Positions 1 through 9,368 of a DNA stretch of 50,811 nt are shown here, piece after piece. The position numbers were made by a program, and so were the translations under genes. Source of the stretch: Sphingomonadales bacterium (GTDB lineage: Bacteria > Pseudomonadota > Alphaproteobacteria > Sphingomonadales > Sphingomonadaceae); the NCBI GenBank assembly GCA_031362665.1, contig JANLSY010000185.1:1-50811 (forward strand). Reading direction: 5' to 3'. Below the pieces are notes generated by a model. The model did not search any database. It worked only from the letters and a program-made list of their open reading frames with translations, and had not been told where the DNA came from. Position 1 is the first letter of the stretch. Each line of letters starts with the position of its first letter.

Positions 1-1404
1 TGTCGCCGGCTCGCTTACCGCATCGGCCATCGCGTTGTGCCCGCCCATCATGACCCCCTGCCCCATCATTACTGCGGCCCAGCTTGTTTCGGTAAAAAGC
101 TCGTCGTCTTCGCGAAAAATCTGGCCATTTTGCCGGAACAATGCAACTTTTTCGGTAAGGCTGTCGGGCACACTCATGTTGCGGCAATAGTTCCAGAACG
201 GACTGTCATCACGGGTGGTGCTATTGTAATGCAAAATCAGGAAATCGCGGATGCGCGCATATTCCTTCCCGGTTAACCGGTTGAACGCATCTTCCTGAGC
301 CTGCGTTATTCCGTCAAGCGACAGCAACGCGATGAGCTTGTTGATGCCGGTATTGATCAGGTGGATCGATGTGGATTCCAGTGGCTCCATAAAACCTGAC
401 GCGAGCCCCAAAGCGACGACGTTCTTGTTCCAGAATTTCTTGCGCCTCCCGGTTACGAACCGCAGGAAATTGGGTTCGGCAGCCGGTTTGCCGGCGATGT
501 TATTGACCAATATGCCATGCGCCTCGTCGTCGGACATATATTCGCTGCAATAGACATGGCCGTTGCCGTTCCGATGTTGTAGCGGCACCTGCCATTGCCA
601 CCCTGCAGAATGGGCGGTGGCGCGTGTGTAAGGAAGAGGGCCGCTGCCATCTTCGCGCAGGCAAGGCAGGGCGACCGCGCGGTTGCATGGCAGATAGTTC
701 GACCAGTCGTCATATCCGGTTTTGAGCGCCTGTTCGATAAGCAGCCCGCGAAAGCCGGAACAGTCGATAAACAGGTCACCTTTGATTATCTCGCCATTTT
801 CCATCGTCACTGACGCGACAAAACCGCTTTCGCCATCGAGCGCAACGTCGGCGACGCGACCCTCGCGGCGCACGACACCGCGCGCTTCTGCATATTTACG
901 CAGGTATCGTGCGTAACGGCCGGCATCAATATGATAGGCGTAGTTGACCGGCGGCAAATCTTCGCGTTGGTAATCCTCCGTGCGCGCGAAGCGACCGAAG
1001 TGGGCGGCCATTGTCTCGACGTTGAAAACCTGGATCGGTCGCTTGTCGCCTGCCTGCCGGTATTTATGCCAGACATGATGAAACGAAATGCCATCGACCT
1101 GATAGCCGTAATTGCCGAAGGGATGGATATAGCTGTCGCCTATTTTGCCCCAGTTGATGAATTGGATACCCAGCTTGAAGCTTCCCTGAACTTCGGCAAG
1201 CATTTCGCGTTCGTCGACTTCGAGCAATTTGTTGAAATCGAGAAACGGCGGAATTGTTGCTTCGCCAACGCCGACGGTACCGATTTCTTCCGACTCAATA
1301 AGCGTGATTGACACCGGCCTTCCGGCGCGAATCCGCGAAAGCGCCGCCGCTGCCATCCACCCAGCCGTTCCGCCGCCGACGATTACGATATTCTCTATGG
1401 CCAT
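1..1404 (-). CDS. Flavin-dependent (tryptophan) halogenase family protein, 3' end beyond window
   Basis: Not in the ORF track because no stop lies in the window. Manual translation from ATG 1404: MAIENIVIVGGGTAGWMAAAAL..GVGEATIP..GSFKLGIQF (catalytic Lys, K77)..GWQWQVP (WxWxIP variant)..GFMEPLESTSI. Frame checked at 1404, 1179, 600, 390 and 60. Confidence 0.93.
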   Translation of the reverse strand, partial: MAIENIVIVGGGTAGWMAAAALSRIRAGRPVSITLIESEEIGTVGVGEATIPPFLDFNKLLEVDEREMLAEVQGSFKLGIQFINWGKIGDSYIHPFGNYGYQVDGISFHHVWHKYRQAGDKRPIQVFNVETMAAHFGRFARTEDYQREDLPPVNYAYHIDAGRYARYLRKYAEARGVVRREGRVADVALDGESGFVASVTMENGEIIKGDLFIDCSGFRGLLIEQALKTGYDDWSNYLPCNRAVALPCLREDGSGPLPYTRATAHSAGWQWQVPLQHRNGNGHVYCSEYMSDDEAHGILVNNIAGKPAAEPNFLRFVTGRRKKFWNKNVVALGLASGFMEPLESTSIHLINTGINKLIALLSLDGITQAQEDAFNRLTGKEYARIRDFLILHYNSTTRDDSPFWNYCRNMSVPDSLTEKVALFRQNGQIFREDDELFTETSWAAVMMGQGVMMGGHNAMADAVSEPAT

Positions 1405-1453
1405 AGCGCCCATCCTCTCGATATCTGCATAGCGATATAACGCTGTAGTGCAA

Positions 1454-1493
1454 ATTGTGAACGTTCATTTTATCTATTGTGAACGCTATCAAT
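1454..1493. promoter_or_regulatory. Two tandem LacI-family operators in the halogenase/TBDR divergent promoter
   Basis: ATTGTGAACGTTCATT (1454-1469, core palindrome TGAACGTTCA) and ATTGTGAACGCTATCAAT (1476-1493); central CG typical of LacI sites; matches the site at 11819-11836. Confidence 0.75.
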
Positions 1494-1558
1494 TGTAGTT
1501 ATGTGTTGTATTGCAGGTGGGAGTAATACCCTCCGCAGAGGCAATTAGGGAGGATCAT

Positions 1559-4500
1559 TTGGCTCGCAAATCACTATTCGGAGCGTCGCGTGCGCAGCGC
1601 TTGCTGGCACTGACAACGGCTTCAAGCCTTGCATTGTGCGCTGCCCAACCGGCTTTGGCGCAAACGACCGATCAACCCGAAGAGACTGCTGAAACCGAAG
1701 ATGCGATCATCGTCACGGGTTTCAAAAAATCACTCGAAAACGCACAGAACATCAAGCGTGATGCCGACACATTCGTCGATGTTATTACCGCCGAAGATAT
1801 CGGCGCGCTTGCCGACCGTTCGGTAGCAGAAGCACTGCAGCGCGTTCCGGGTGTCAATATCTCCCGCTTTGAACAGCGCAATGATCCTGACCGTTTTTCA
1901 GTCGAAGGCTCCGGTGTTATCATCCGTGGCTTGCCTTATGTCCGCTCCGAACTGAACGGTCGCGACATCTTCTCAGCTAATGGCGGCCGCGAGCTATCGT
2001 TCAACGATGTCTCGCCCGAACTCCTTGGTCGCGTCGAAGTTTTCAAGAACAACACAGCCGACATGATCGACGGCGGAATCTCGGGTACCGTCAACCTTGT
2101 CACCCGCAAGCCGCTCGATAAACGTGGTTTCCACATCGCCGGAACGGTTGAAGGCAATTACGGCGATCTGGCAAAAGAATGGTCGCCCGGCTTTTCGGTC
2201 CTTGCTTCGAACACCTTCGAGACGGGTATCGGCACTTTCGGCCTTCAATTGGCTTATGCGCAGTCGGAACTCGTTACGCGCACTGACGCCTCGCAGATTA
2301 CCGACCCGTGCTATCGTGCGCCTGCTTTGAATGCGCCCTGTATCCGGGTTCGTCCCGTTGGTTCAGGTGGCTTTGGTGGCACACCGACATTAAATGCATC
2401 CAACTTCCCACCTGCGGGCGCCGTTTTCGTGCCCAAGGGTGCAGGCGTTCGCACAACCGACCTGACGCGTGACCGCAACGCTTATTCGGCGGTTGGCCAA
2501 TGGGAAAGCAATGACGGCCGCGCGCAAGTGACGATCGAATATCTGCGTGCCGAAACCGAGGCGACGTTGAATGAATTCGCCGTTCTAGCGCTGGTCAATG
2601 ATGACGGGCTTTTTCCGACGATTGCACCAGGTACAACACCAACCTTTAACGGCAACCAGTTCGCGACAGGTACGCTCACGCAGTTTCAGCCCTTTAACGG
2701 CGGGCGGGGAATTCCAACCGAACTTCTAAGGTTCCAGCGCGAAGACGCGGCGAAGACCGAGGATATCTCGCTTCAACTCAAGCTTACTCCGACCGACCGC
2801 CTGCGGTTCAACTTCGAGGTCCAGAAAATCAAATCGGACCGGACCGAAGACGGCTTCATCTCCGCGATGCAAACCTACACCGATGTATCTATCGATAATA
2901 CCGGCAGTACGCCACTCGTGCAGTTTCTTCAGCCCGGGACGACAGGTTCGCCCGCAAGCTATTTCAATGACCCTGCGCGCACATTCTTCTGGTTCCTGCT
3001 CGACAATCAGGTGAAGAACGAAGGCGAGCTGACCAGCATGCGCTTTGACGGCGAATATGATGTCAGCGAAGAGGGCTTCTTCAAAAAGGCGCGATTTGGT
3101 GCGCGTTGGGGCGACCGCAACCGCGTAACCCGCAATGCCAACTTCTCCAACTGGGGCAATCTGGGTGCGCCGTGGACGGGCCGCGGCGGCAACTGGAACT
3201 GTGGCGATTTCCAAGCCTTTGGCTGTGGCGGCGCCTATGTGAAAGATTTCCCGAACTCGGCAAGCCTTCGCAACCCGTTTGGCAATAGCTTCCAGCGTGG
3301 TAATGCACCGACGCCCCTTGGCGATGGCTCTGCCTTCTTCTTTGGCGGCGACAATGTGCTGGCGGATTATCTCAGCGGTGCAGTGCGGCAACAGGCAAGT
3401 GCAATCACCGCCTACACGCTAACGCCAAATGCTTGGTTTCCGATTTCAGCCCGCACCAATGCGTTGCCCGGCGGACCTTGGACCGCCGGCGAAATCTCCG
3501 ACGTCGAAGAAAGCACCTTCGGTGCCTATGCTCGCGTTGATTTCGGTACCAATTTGGGTAGTGGCGATGTCACGTTGAACGGCAATGTCGGCGTGCGTTA
3601 CGTCCAAACAACGGTGCGCAGCGGCGGTTCGATCGCATATCCGACTGGGCAGTTCTTTGACACGCCTCCGGGTGGGAATGGCGATGGGCGCGTTAGCGTG
3701 GCTGAGCTGCAGACCGCCTGCGGTGCGGTGCAGCCCGGACAGGTTGCGCCGGGCTATTGCGGCCTATCTCCGGCGCGACTCGCGCAATTTGCTTCGGTGT
3801 TTACCGGCGAAGTGATCGACGATAGCGCGAACATCAAATTCGACCATTGGCTTCCAAGCTTCAATGCAAAGCTTGATTTCGGAAATGGCATGCTGGTGCG
3901 TGCTGCCGCGTCGAAGAGTATTTCGCGGCCAGACTTGTCCTCTTTCGCCACCGGTGGCGGAATATCGGACAATACTACCAATCTCCGATCTGCCGGTACC
4001 TTGGAAACGGGACCGTTGTTCCAGATTTTCACGGGCAACCGGTTGCTGCGCCCGATTGAATCGTGGAATTACGACCTGTCGTTCGAGTGGTATTTTGACA
4101 CAGTAGGTTCGGTTTCGGTGTCGGGCTTCTATAAAGACATCAAAGGAATCGTAAACGGTGGCGCCGTTGTCCGCAACTTTACAAGCCCGAGCGGTGTTTC
4201 TACCAACGTGCTGGTCAACGGTCCGATCAACAGTGACGGTGGAAAACTGAAAGGCGTCGAAATCGCTTATCAGCAAACCTACGACTTCCTGCCAAGTTTC
4301 CTAAGCGGATTGGGTGCGCAGCTGACATACACCTATGTCGATGCAGGCGATTTCAACAACTCGAATCTGGGCGCCGAACAAAGTCCGTTCACTGGCGGAC
4401 TGCCGCTGGCCGGCGTGTCAAAACACACAGTGAATGCGGTCGCATTTTACGAAAAAGGCCCCATCTCCGCCCGTGCCGCGTATAACTGGCGATCTGACTT

Positions 4501-4744
4501 CCTGCAGACCCCGCGCGACGTGATCTTCCCGTTCTCGCCCATTTACGGTGAAGCAACGGGACAGCTTGATGCTTCAATTTTTGTGACCGTCAGCAAACAA
4601 TTGAAACTGGGCGTGCAGGGCGTGAACTTGCTGGACGAAGTGACACAAACATCGCAGGTCATCGACTTTGCTGGAACGCGGGCCACGCGATCGGCTTTCC
4701 GAAACGACCGGAGATATACCTTCCTGGCACGTTTCGAATTTTAA
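1559..4744 (+). CDS. TonB-dependent receptor (likely beta-gluco-oligosaccharide importer)
   Basis: Signal peptide, TonB-box-like DAIIVTG, plug motif SVAEALQRVPGV, C-terminal Phe (..FLARFEF). TTG start at 1559 chosen for upstream GGGAGG; ORF track starts at 1511. Confidence 0.95.
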   Translation: MARKSLFGASRAQRLLALTTASSLALCAAQPALAQTTDQPEETAETEDAIIVTGFKKSLENAQNIKRDADTFVDVITAEDIGALADRSVAEALQRVPGVNISRFEQRNDPDRFSVEGSGVIIRGLPYVRSELNGRDIFSANGGRELSFNDVSPELLGRVEVFKNNTADMIDGGISGTVNLVTRKPLDKRGFHIAGTVEGNYGDLAKEWSPGFSVLASNTFETGIGTFGLQLAYAQSELVTRTDASQITDPCYRAPALNAPCIRVRPVGSGGFGGTPTLNASNFPPAGAVFVPKGAGVRTTDLTRDRNAYSAVGQWESNDGRAQVTIEYLRAETEATLNEFAVLALVNDDGLFPTIAPGTTPTFNGNQFATGTLTQFQPFNGGRGIPTELLRFQREDAAKTEDISLQLKLTPTDRLRFNFEVQKIKSDRTEDGFISAMQTYTDVSIDNTGSTPLVQFLQPGTTGSPASYFNDPARTFFWFLLDNQVKNEGELTSMRFDGEYDVSEEGFFKKARFGARWGDRNRVTRNANFSNWGNLGAPWTGRGGNWNCGDFQAFGCGGAYVKDFPNSASLRNPFGNSFQRGNAPTPLGDGSAFFFGGDNVLADYLSGAVRQQASAITAYTLTPNAWFPISARTNALPGGPWTAGEISDVEESTFGAYARVDFGTNLGSGDVTLNGNVGVRYVQTTVRSGGSIAYPTGQFFDTPPGGNGDGRVSVAELQTACGAVQPGQVAPGYCGLSPARLAQFASVFTGEVIDDSANIKFDHWLPSFNAKLDFGNGMLVRAAASKSISRPDLSSFATGGGISDNTTNLRSAGTLETGPLFQIFTGNRLLRPIESWNYDLSFEWYFDTVGSVSVSGFYKDIKGIVNGGAVVRNFTSPSGVSTNVLVNGPINSDGGKLKGVEIAYQQTYDFLPSFLSGLGAQLTYTYVDAGDFNNSNLGAEQSPFTGGLPLAGVSKHTVNAVAFYEKGPISARAAYNWRSDFLQTPRDVIFPFSPIYGEATGQLDASIFVTVSKQLKLGVQGVNLLDEVTQTSQVIDFAGTRATRSAFRNDRRYTFLARFEF

Positions 4745-4768
4745 CGCTCTGAAATCGGCGTCGCAATG

Positions 4769-4807
4769 GACGGGCCTTGGTCATATGACTTTGGCCCGTT
4801 CTTTTTT
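4769..4807 (+). terminator. Intrinsic terminator-like hairpin between TBDR and GH16
   Basis: ACGGGCC..GTCATATGAC..GGCCCGT followed by TCTTTTTT. Confidence 0.7.
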
Positions 4808-4826
4808 GGTCCCAAGGAGAAAATAT

Positions 4827-5801
4827 ATGCCCTTCCGGATGTTTTTGCTCTCCGCGATTGTGGGATTGTCCGGATGCACATCCGCAACGCTCAACGCGCA
4901 ACCGGCCAAAGTCGGATGGGATCTTGTCTGGTCCGATGAATTCGATGGCACCGAACTGAACCGCGAAAAGTGGAAGCCGGAGCAATCCTGCTGGGGTGGA
5001 GGTAATCAGGAGCGTCAATGTTATACTGACCGGCCAGACAATATCCGCGTCATAGATGGCGTGCTGCATCTTAAAGCCCGCAAGGAACAGTTCACCGGAC
5101 CTGATCGCCCGCCCGAAATCGCCGACAAACCCAATCCCAAAAAGACTCAGGAATTTACTTCGGCTAAGATACGCACCTTAGGCCTTGCCAGTTGGAGATA
5201 TGGCAAGATCGAATTTCGCGCCAAGCCTCCCAAAGGGCAGGGAACATGGCCAGCCGTGTGGATGATGCCTGCTGACAATATGTACGGCGGATGGCCGCGT
5301 TCGGGCGAAATCGATATATTGGAGGGCGTCAATCTCGGCGCAACCTGCGATACTTGTAACGGCGAAGTCGGTGAAAACCGGATGATTAGCGCGCTGCATT
5401 TCGGGGATTACGCGCCCAAGAACAAATTCCTCGATACCAGAGTAGCGCTTCCTACAAACGCCCTCCCGTCCGACGACTTCCACGTCTGGACGCTCGAATG
5501 GGGCGAGGGACTGATGCGTTTCTATCTCGATGGCCGGAAATATTGGGAGGTGAAGGCCGGTCAATGGGACAGCGCGTCGCCGCTTGCGAAATCAAACGCG
5601 GTTGCACCATTCGACCAGCCCTTCTACATCATGGCAAATCTTGCCATCGGGGGTGGGCTGTCAGAGAAAAACAACGACAAAGGAGTTGCAGTAAATGTAG
5701 CTCCGGTGGATTTTCTCATCGATTGGATCCGGATATACCAGTGCGCGGATGATAGAGAAAAAGGGCTGGCCTGCATGCAGGGCGTCAACGAGGGCAGTTA
5801 A
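4827..5801 (+). CDS. GH16 endo-beta-1,3-glucanase (laminarinase-like), probable lipoprotein
   Basis: WSDEFDG, GTWPAVWMM, catalytic EIDILE (ExDxxE), PFDQPFY; lipobox LSGC; ATG 4827 after AAGGAG. Confidence 0.92.
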   Translation: MPFRMFLLSAIVGLSGCTSATLNAQPAKVGWDLVWSDEFDGTELNREKWKPEQSCWGGGNQERQCYTDRPDNIRVIDGVLHLKARKEQFTGPDRPPEIADKPNPKKTQEFTSAKIRTLGLASWRYGKIEFRAKPPKGQGTWPAVWMMPADNMYGGWPRSGEIDILEGVNLGATCDTCNGEVGENRMISALHFGDYAPKNKFLDTRVALPTNALPSDDFHVWTLEWGEGLMRFYLDGRKYWEVKAGQWDSASPLAKSNAVAPFDQPFYIMANLAIGGGLSEKNNDKGVAVNVAPVDFLIDWIRIYQCADDREKGLACMQGVNEGS

Positions 5802-5804
5802 AAG

Positions 5805-6860
5805 ATGGCGAGACGCCGTCAGGCAATCACGATCAAGCACGTAGCGGCCGATGCGGGGGTCTCCCTGCAGACGGTAAGCCGTGTTATCAATAACGAACCC
5901 AATGTGCGGCCTTCGATGAAGGAGCGCGTGCAGGCGTCAATTGACAAGCTCGGCTATGTGCCCTCGATTGCCGCGCAGCGGATGAGCGGTTCGCGCTCTT
6001 ATCTGATCCTGGCGATCAACGACCGCGAGCGCACCATCGCCGACTGGCGGACACGGCAAGGCACCGACTGGGTTGACCAGATGCTGCTCGGCGGAATGCT
6101 GAAATGTGCCGAGCACGGCTACCGGATGATATTCGAGCTGGTCGATACGCATAACGATCATGTCGAGCGCGAACTGGGCGCAACGATTGCTGCGTTACAG
6201 CCAGACGGCGTGATCCTGACTCCGCCGCACTCGGAAAATCCCCTAATCACCGGCTTTCTAGCCAAGCGGAAAATACCGTTCGCGCGGATAGGTTCGATGA
6301 CGCCGGGGCCAGGCATTGCGATGACGATGGACGATGAGGGGTCGGCACGCCGGGCGACCGAGCATCTGATCGCCTTGGGGCATCGCCGTATTGGCTTTAT
6401 CGCGGGGTCGGAAGAATATGACCTATCGAACTGGCGGACAGACGGGTGGCGCGAAGCGATGGAGGCAGCCGGCCTACCTCACCACAACCTATGTACTAGG
6501 GGCGACTTTAGTTACGAAAGCGGGGTAATCGCGGCGAACAAACTGCTTGGTCTGGATACACCGCCGACAGCGATTATCGCAAGTAATGACCAGATGACGC
6601 TTGCGACCTTGGACACCGCAAACCAGCGCGGGTTGAAAGTGCCCGATGACCTGTCGCTGATCAGTTTCGACAATACGCCCGTTGTGCGCTTCACCGACCC
6701 GAAACTCACCGCCATCGATCAGCCCATCGCGGCGACTTTTTCAAAAGCGGTCGAACTGCTGATTACAAACGGCGACACGGCGGTACAGCATCAACCGGTG
6801 GTTACCGAGGGCAATCTTGTCGAGCGCGGCAGCACTGCACGCCCACGCGACGGTGCCTGA
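5805..6860 (+). CDS. LacI-family transcriptional regulator
   Basis: HTH TIKHVAADAGVSLQTVSRVIN plus sugar-binding domain (..SNDQM..VPDDLSLISFD..). Confidence 0.96.
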   Translation: MARRRQAITIKHVAADAGVSLQTVSRVINNEPNVRPSMKERVQASIDKLGYVPSIAAQRMSGSRSYLILAINDRERTIADWRTRQGTDWVDQMLLGGMLKCAEHGYRMIFELVDTHNDHVERELGATIAALQPDGVILTPPHSENPLITGFLAKRKIPFARIGSMTPGPGIAMTMDDEGSARRATEHLIALGHRRIGFIAGSEEYDLSNWRTDGWREAMEAAGLPHHNLCTRGDFSYESGVIAANKLLGLDTPPTAIIASNDQMTLATLDTANQRGLKVPDDLSLISFDNTPVVRFTDPKLTAIDQPIAATFSKAVELLITNGDTAVQHQPVVTEGNLVERGSTARPRDGA

Positions 6861-8067
6861 CATAACGACCGTCGCCCCAGACCAGCAATCGGCGCGCTTC
6901 ATGTATCTTTACGCGCTTGCAGTGTCAGGTGGCGCGGTCGCCTATATTCCCTTCCTGACGATATTGTTGCCGGTCCGCGCCTCTGGCTTGGCAGGCGACA
7001 ATGCGCTCAATATGCTGGCCATCGCTGCCTTTGCAGGCGCGATATCTGCAAGCCTTGCCAACATCGGTTTCGGATGGGCAAGCGATGTGACACGGGCAAG
7101 GCGGCCGTGGATATGGGCTGGGCTGGTTTTGTCATCGTTGCTGCTCCTCACGATACCACTGGCGACAAGTCCGGTGGTGCTCATCATCATGATTGTCTTC
7201 TGGCAAATCGGCCTCAATATGATGCTCGCCCCGCTTGGCGCTTGGGCGGGCGATAGCATTCCAGACTCGCAGAAGGGGCTGCTTGGGGGCTTGCTGGCGC
7301 TAGCGCCTGCATTAGGTGCGCTGTCTGGGGCTATCGTGACGTTGCAGGGGTTCGCGCCGTTCGAAAATCGGGAATCACTCGTCGCTATATTGGTTATGTT
7401 GATGGTCGGACCCGTTTTGCTGTTCGGCAAGCCTGTCGCGATGCCGCAGTTGATGCAGCGCACCATAGACGCAAACCCAATCGACGCGCACGTGTTCGCT
7501 ACCCGACGTGCCGCAATCCGGATGTGGCTGGCGCGTTTGCTGGTCCAGATCGCCGAGGCTTCATTGTTCGCGTTCCTTTTGTTGTGGTTTCGCAGTCTCG
7601 ATCCCGATTTCGGCGAAAACGATGCTGCGAGCATATTTGCTTTGGTGCTGGGCCTAGCCGTTTTTCTGGCGCTCGCCGTCGGTCGCTGGTCCGACCGCGC
7701 CAATCGGCCGATCCTGCCGCTAGTCTGGGGATCGGCTATTGCCGCGGCTGGGCTTCTGATCATGTCCTTTGCACCGAACCTGCCATTTGCAATCGCTGGC
7801 TATGTCGCGTTCGGTTTGGCCAGCAGCGTGTTTCTGGCACTCCACACCAGCCAGACATTGCGCGTGCTGCCGCGACCGCACACACGGGGGCGAGACCTTG
7901 GTATTTTCAATCTGACCAACACCGTCCCGTCATTGATTATGCCATGGCTGACACTGGCTCTCGTCCCCGCTTACGGCTTCGACACGTTGTTCCTGCTACT
8001 GGCTGGCCTTGCGATGATTGCTTCGGCTTTACTGCTGACCATACGGCGCCAGATTGCGGAAATCTAG
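6853..8067 (+). CDS. MFS transporter
   Basis: About 12 hydrophobic segments; motif-A-like GWASDVTRARR and GRWSDRANR; GTG 6853 overlaps the lacI end. Confidence 0.88.
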   Translation: MPDITTVAPDQQSARFMYLYALAVSGGAVAYIPFLTILLPVRASGLAGDNALNMLAIAAFAGAISASLANIGFGWASDVTRARRPWIWAGLVLSSLLLLTIPLATSPVVLIIMIVFWQIGLNMMLAPLGAWAGDSIPDSQKGLLGGLLALAPALGALSGAIVTLQGFAPFENRESLVAILVMLMVGPVLLFGKPVAMPQLMQRTIDANPIDAHVFATRRAAIRMWLARLLVQIAEASLFAFLLLWFRSLDPDFGENDAASIFALVLGLAVFLALAVGRWSDRANRPILPLVWGSAIAAAGLLIMSFAPNLPFAIAGYVAFGLASSVFLALHTSQTLRVLPRPHTRGRDLGIFNLTNTVPSLIMPWLTLALVPAYGFDTLFLLLAGLAMIASALLLTIRRQIAEI

Positions 8068-9341
8068 GCAGGTCTGCGCGCGTAAAATCCGAACCCGGCG
8101 ATAATCGCATAGCATGCCATCGGCAGCATGAAAGCAATCGCGAGGCTGGACGTCAAATCAGCGATAATGCCGGTCAGCAACGGAATGACCGCACCGCCGA
8201 CAATCGCAACATTGATGATGCCCGAACCGTCGGCTGCGCGCGAACCAAGCTTCTCGCAAGCGAGCGTGAAGATTGTCGGGAACATGATGGCGTTGGTTAA
8301 ACCTACCGCAAGCAAACTATAGCCTGAAAAGGTGCCCGTCGTCTGCGTCGATATAATCAGCAATCCAATCGCTGCAATCGACACAAAGGCTAGCACTTTG
8401 CCCGGGCTCAATACGCGCAACACCGCCGAACCAATGAAGCGGCCGACCATCGCGCCGCCCCAATAAAGTCCGATCAGCTTGCCGGCCGCCTGTTCTTGCA
8501 GCCCCATGACATGGCTCTGCATCAGATAATTCACGATCAGCGAACCGATGGAAACCTCAGCACCCACATAAAGGAAGATGCACAACGCACCGAAACCAAA
8601 GCGTGGCCGTTTCAAAAGGTCGAGGCCGGCCAGACCTTCGCTCGCTTCATGCTTTTCGCCCTTCAGCGCGTTGCGGAACATCCAGACCACGCCAGCAACA
8701 ATCGCCAGCGCGACCGCAATGCCGAGATAGCCGTTCACAATCGCCTGGCTCTCTGCGGTGCGATACGCATCGAGCTCGACACCCGACAATTGGTCGGCAG
8801 TAACCGTCGCCAATCCACCGAGGATCAATATCGAGCCGACAATTGGAAATATCGTGGTGCCAAGCGAATTGAACGCTTGGGCAAAGGTCAGACGGCTGTG
8901 TGCGGTGGCGGGTTTGCCCAGCAGCGAGATCAGCGGGTTGGAGACAACTTGCACGATGACCACGCCGCTCGCCAGCACGAACAACGCCAGCAGGAACACG
9001 CCATAAGTCGCGGTCTGGCTGGCCGGAATAAATAACAGGCATCCTGCCATCATCGTCAGCAATCCAGCGACCGCGCCGCGCATATAGCCGATTTTCTTGA
9101 CGAGCCGTGCGCCGGGAATACCGATGACCGCATAAGCCGCAAAAAAGCAGAACTGCACCAGCATCGCTTGCGTGTAGTTGAGCGTGAACAGCTCTTTGAG
9201 CTTTGGAATGATGACATCGTTCAGGCTGGTGATCCCGCCGAAGATGAAGAACAGACCCATCACGAACAATTGCAGTTGGGGAGCATCGATATGCGTCTCA
9301 TCCGAACCGGATGTTTCGACTGCGCCGGGTGCCAATGCCAT
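8064..9341 (-). CDS. gluP: Glucose/galactose MFS transporter (GluP/FucP family)
   Basis: LNDVIIPKLK..VQFCFF..SRLTFAQAFNSLGT..FLYVGAEV are FucP/GluP family signatures. Confidence 0.88.
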   Translation of the reverse strand: MALAPGAVETSGSDETHIDAPQLQLFVMGLFFIFGGITSLNDVIIPKLKELFTLNYTQAMLVQFCFFAAYAVIGIPGARLVKKIGYMRGAVAGLLTMMAGCLLFIPASQTATYGVFLLALFVLASGVVIVQVVSNPLISLLGKPATAHSRLTFAQAFNSLGTTIFPIVGSILILGGLATVTADQLSGVELDAYRTAESQAIVNGYLGIAVALAIVAGVVWMFRNALKGEKHEASEGLAGLDLLKRPRFGFGALCIFLYVGAEVSIGSLIVNYLMQSHVMGLQEQAAGKLIGLYWGGAMVGRFIGSAVLRVLSPGKVLAFVSIAAIGLLIISTQTTGTFSGYSLLAVGLTNAIMFPTIFTLACEKLGSRAADGSGIINVAIVGGAVIPLLTGIIADLTSSLAIAFMLPMACYAIIAGFGFYARRPA

Positions 9342-9368
9342 CTTCTCTCTCCCTCTATTCAGCGCGCT

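Noticed and set aside
37-1492. Many short ORFs suggesting a fragmented pseudogene at the left edge
   Set aside because: They overlap one continuous minus-strand halogenase frame that the track missed only because its stop is outside the window.
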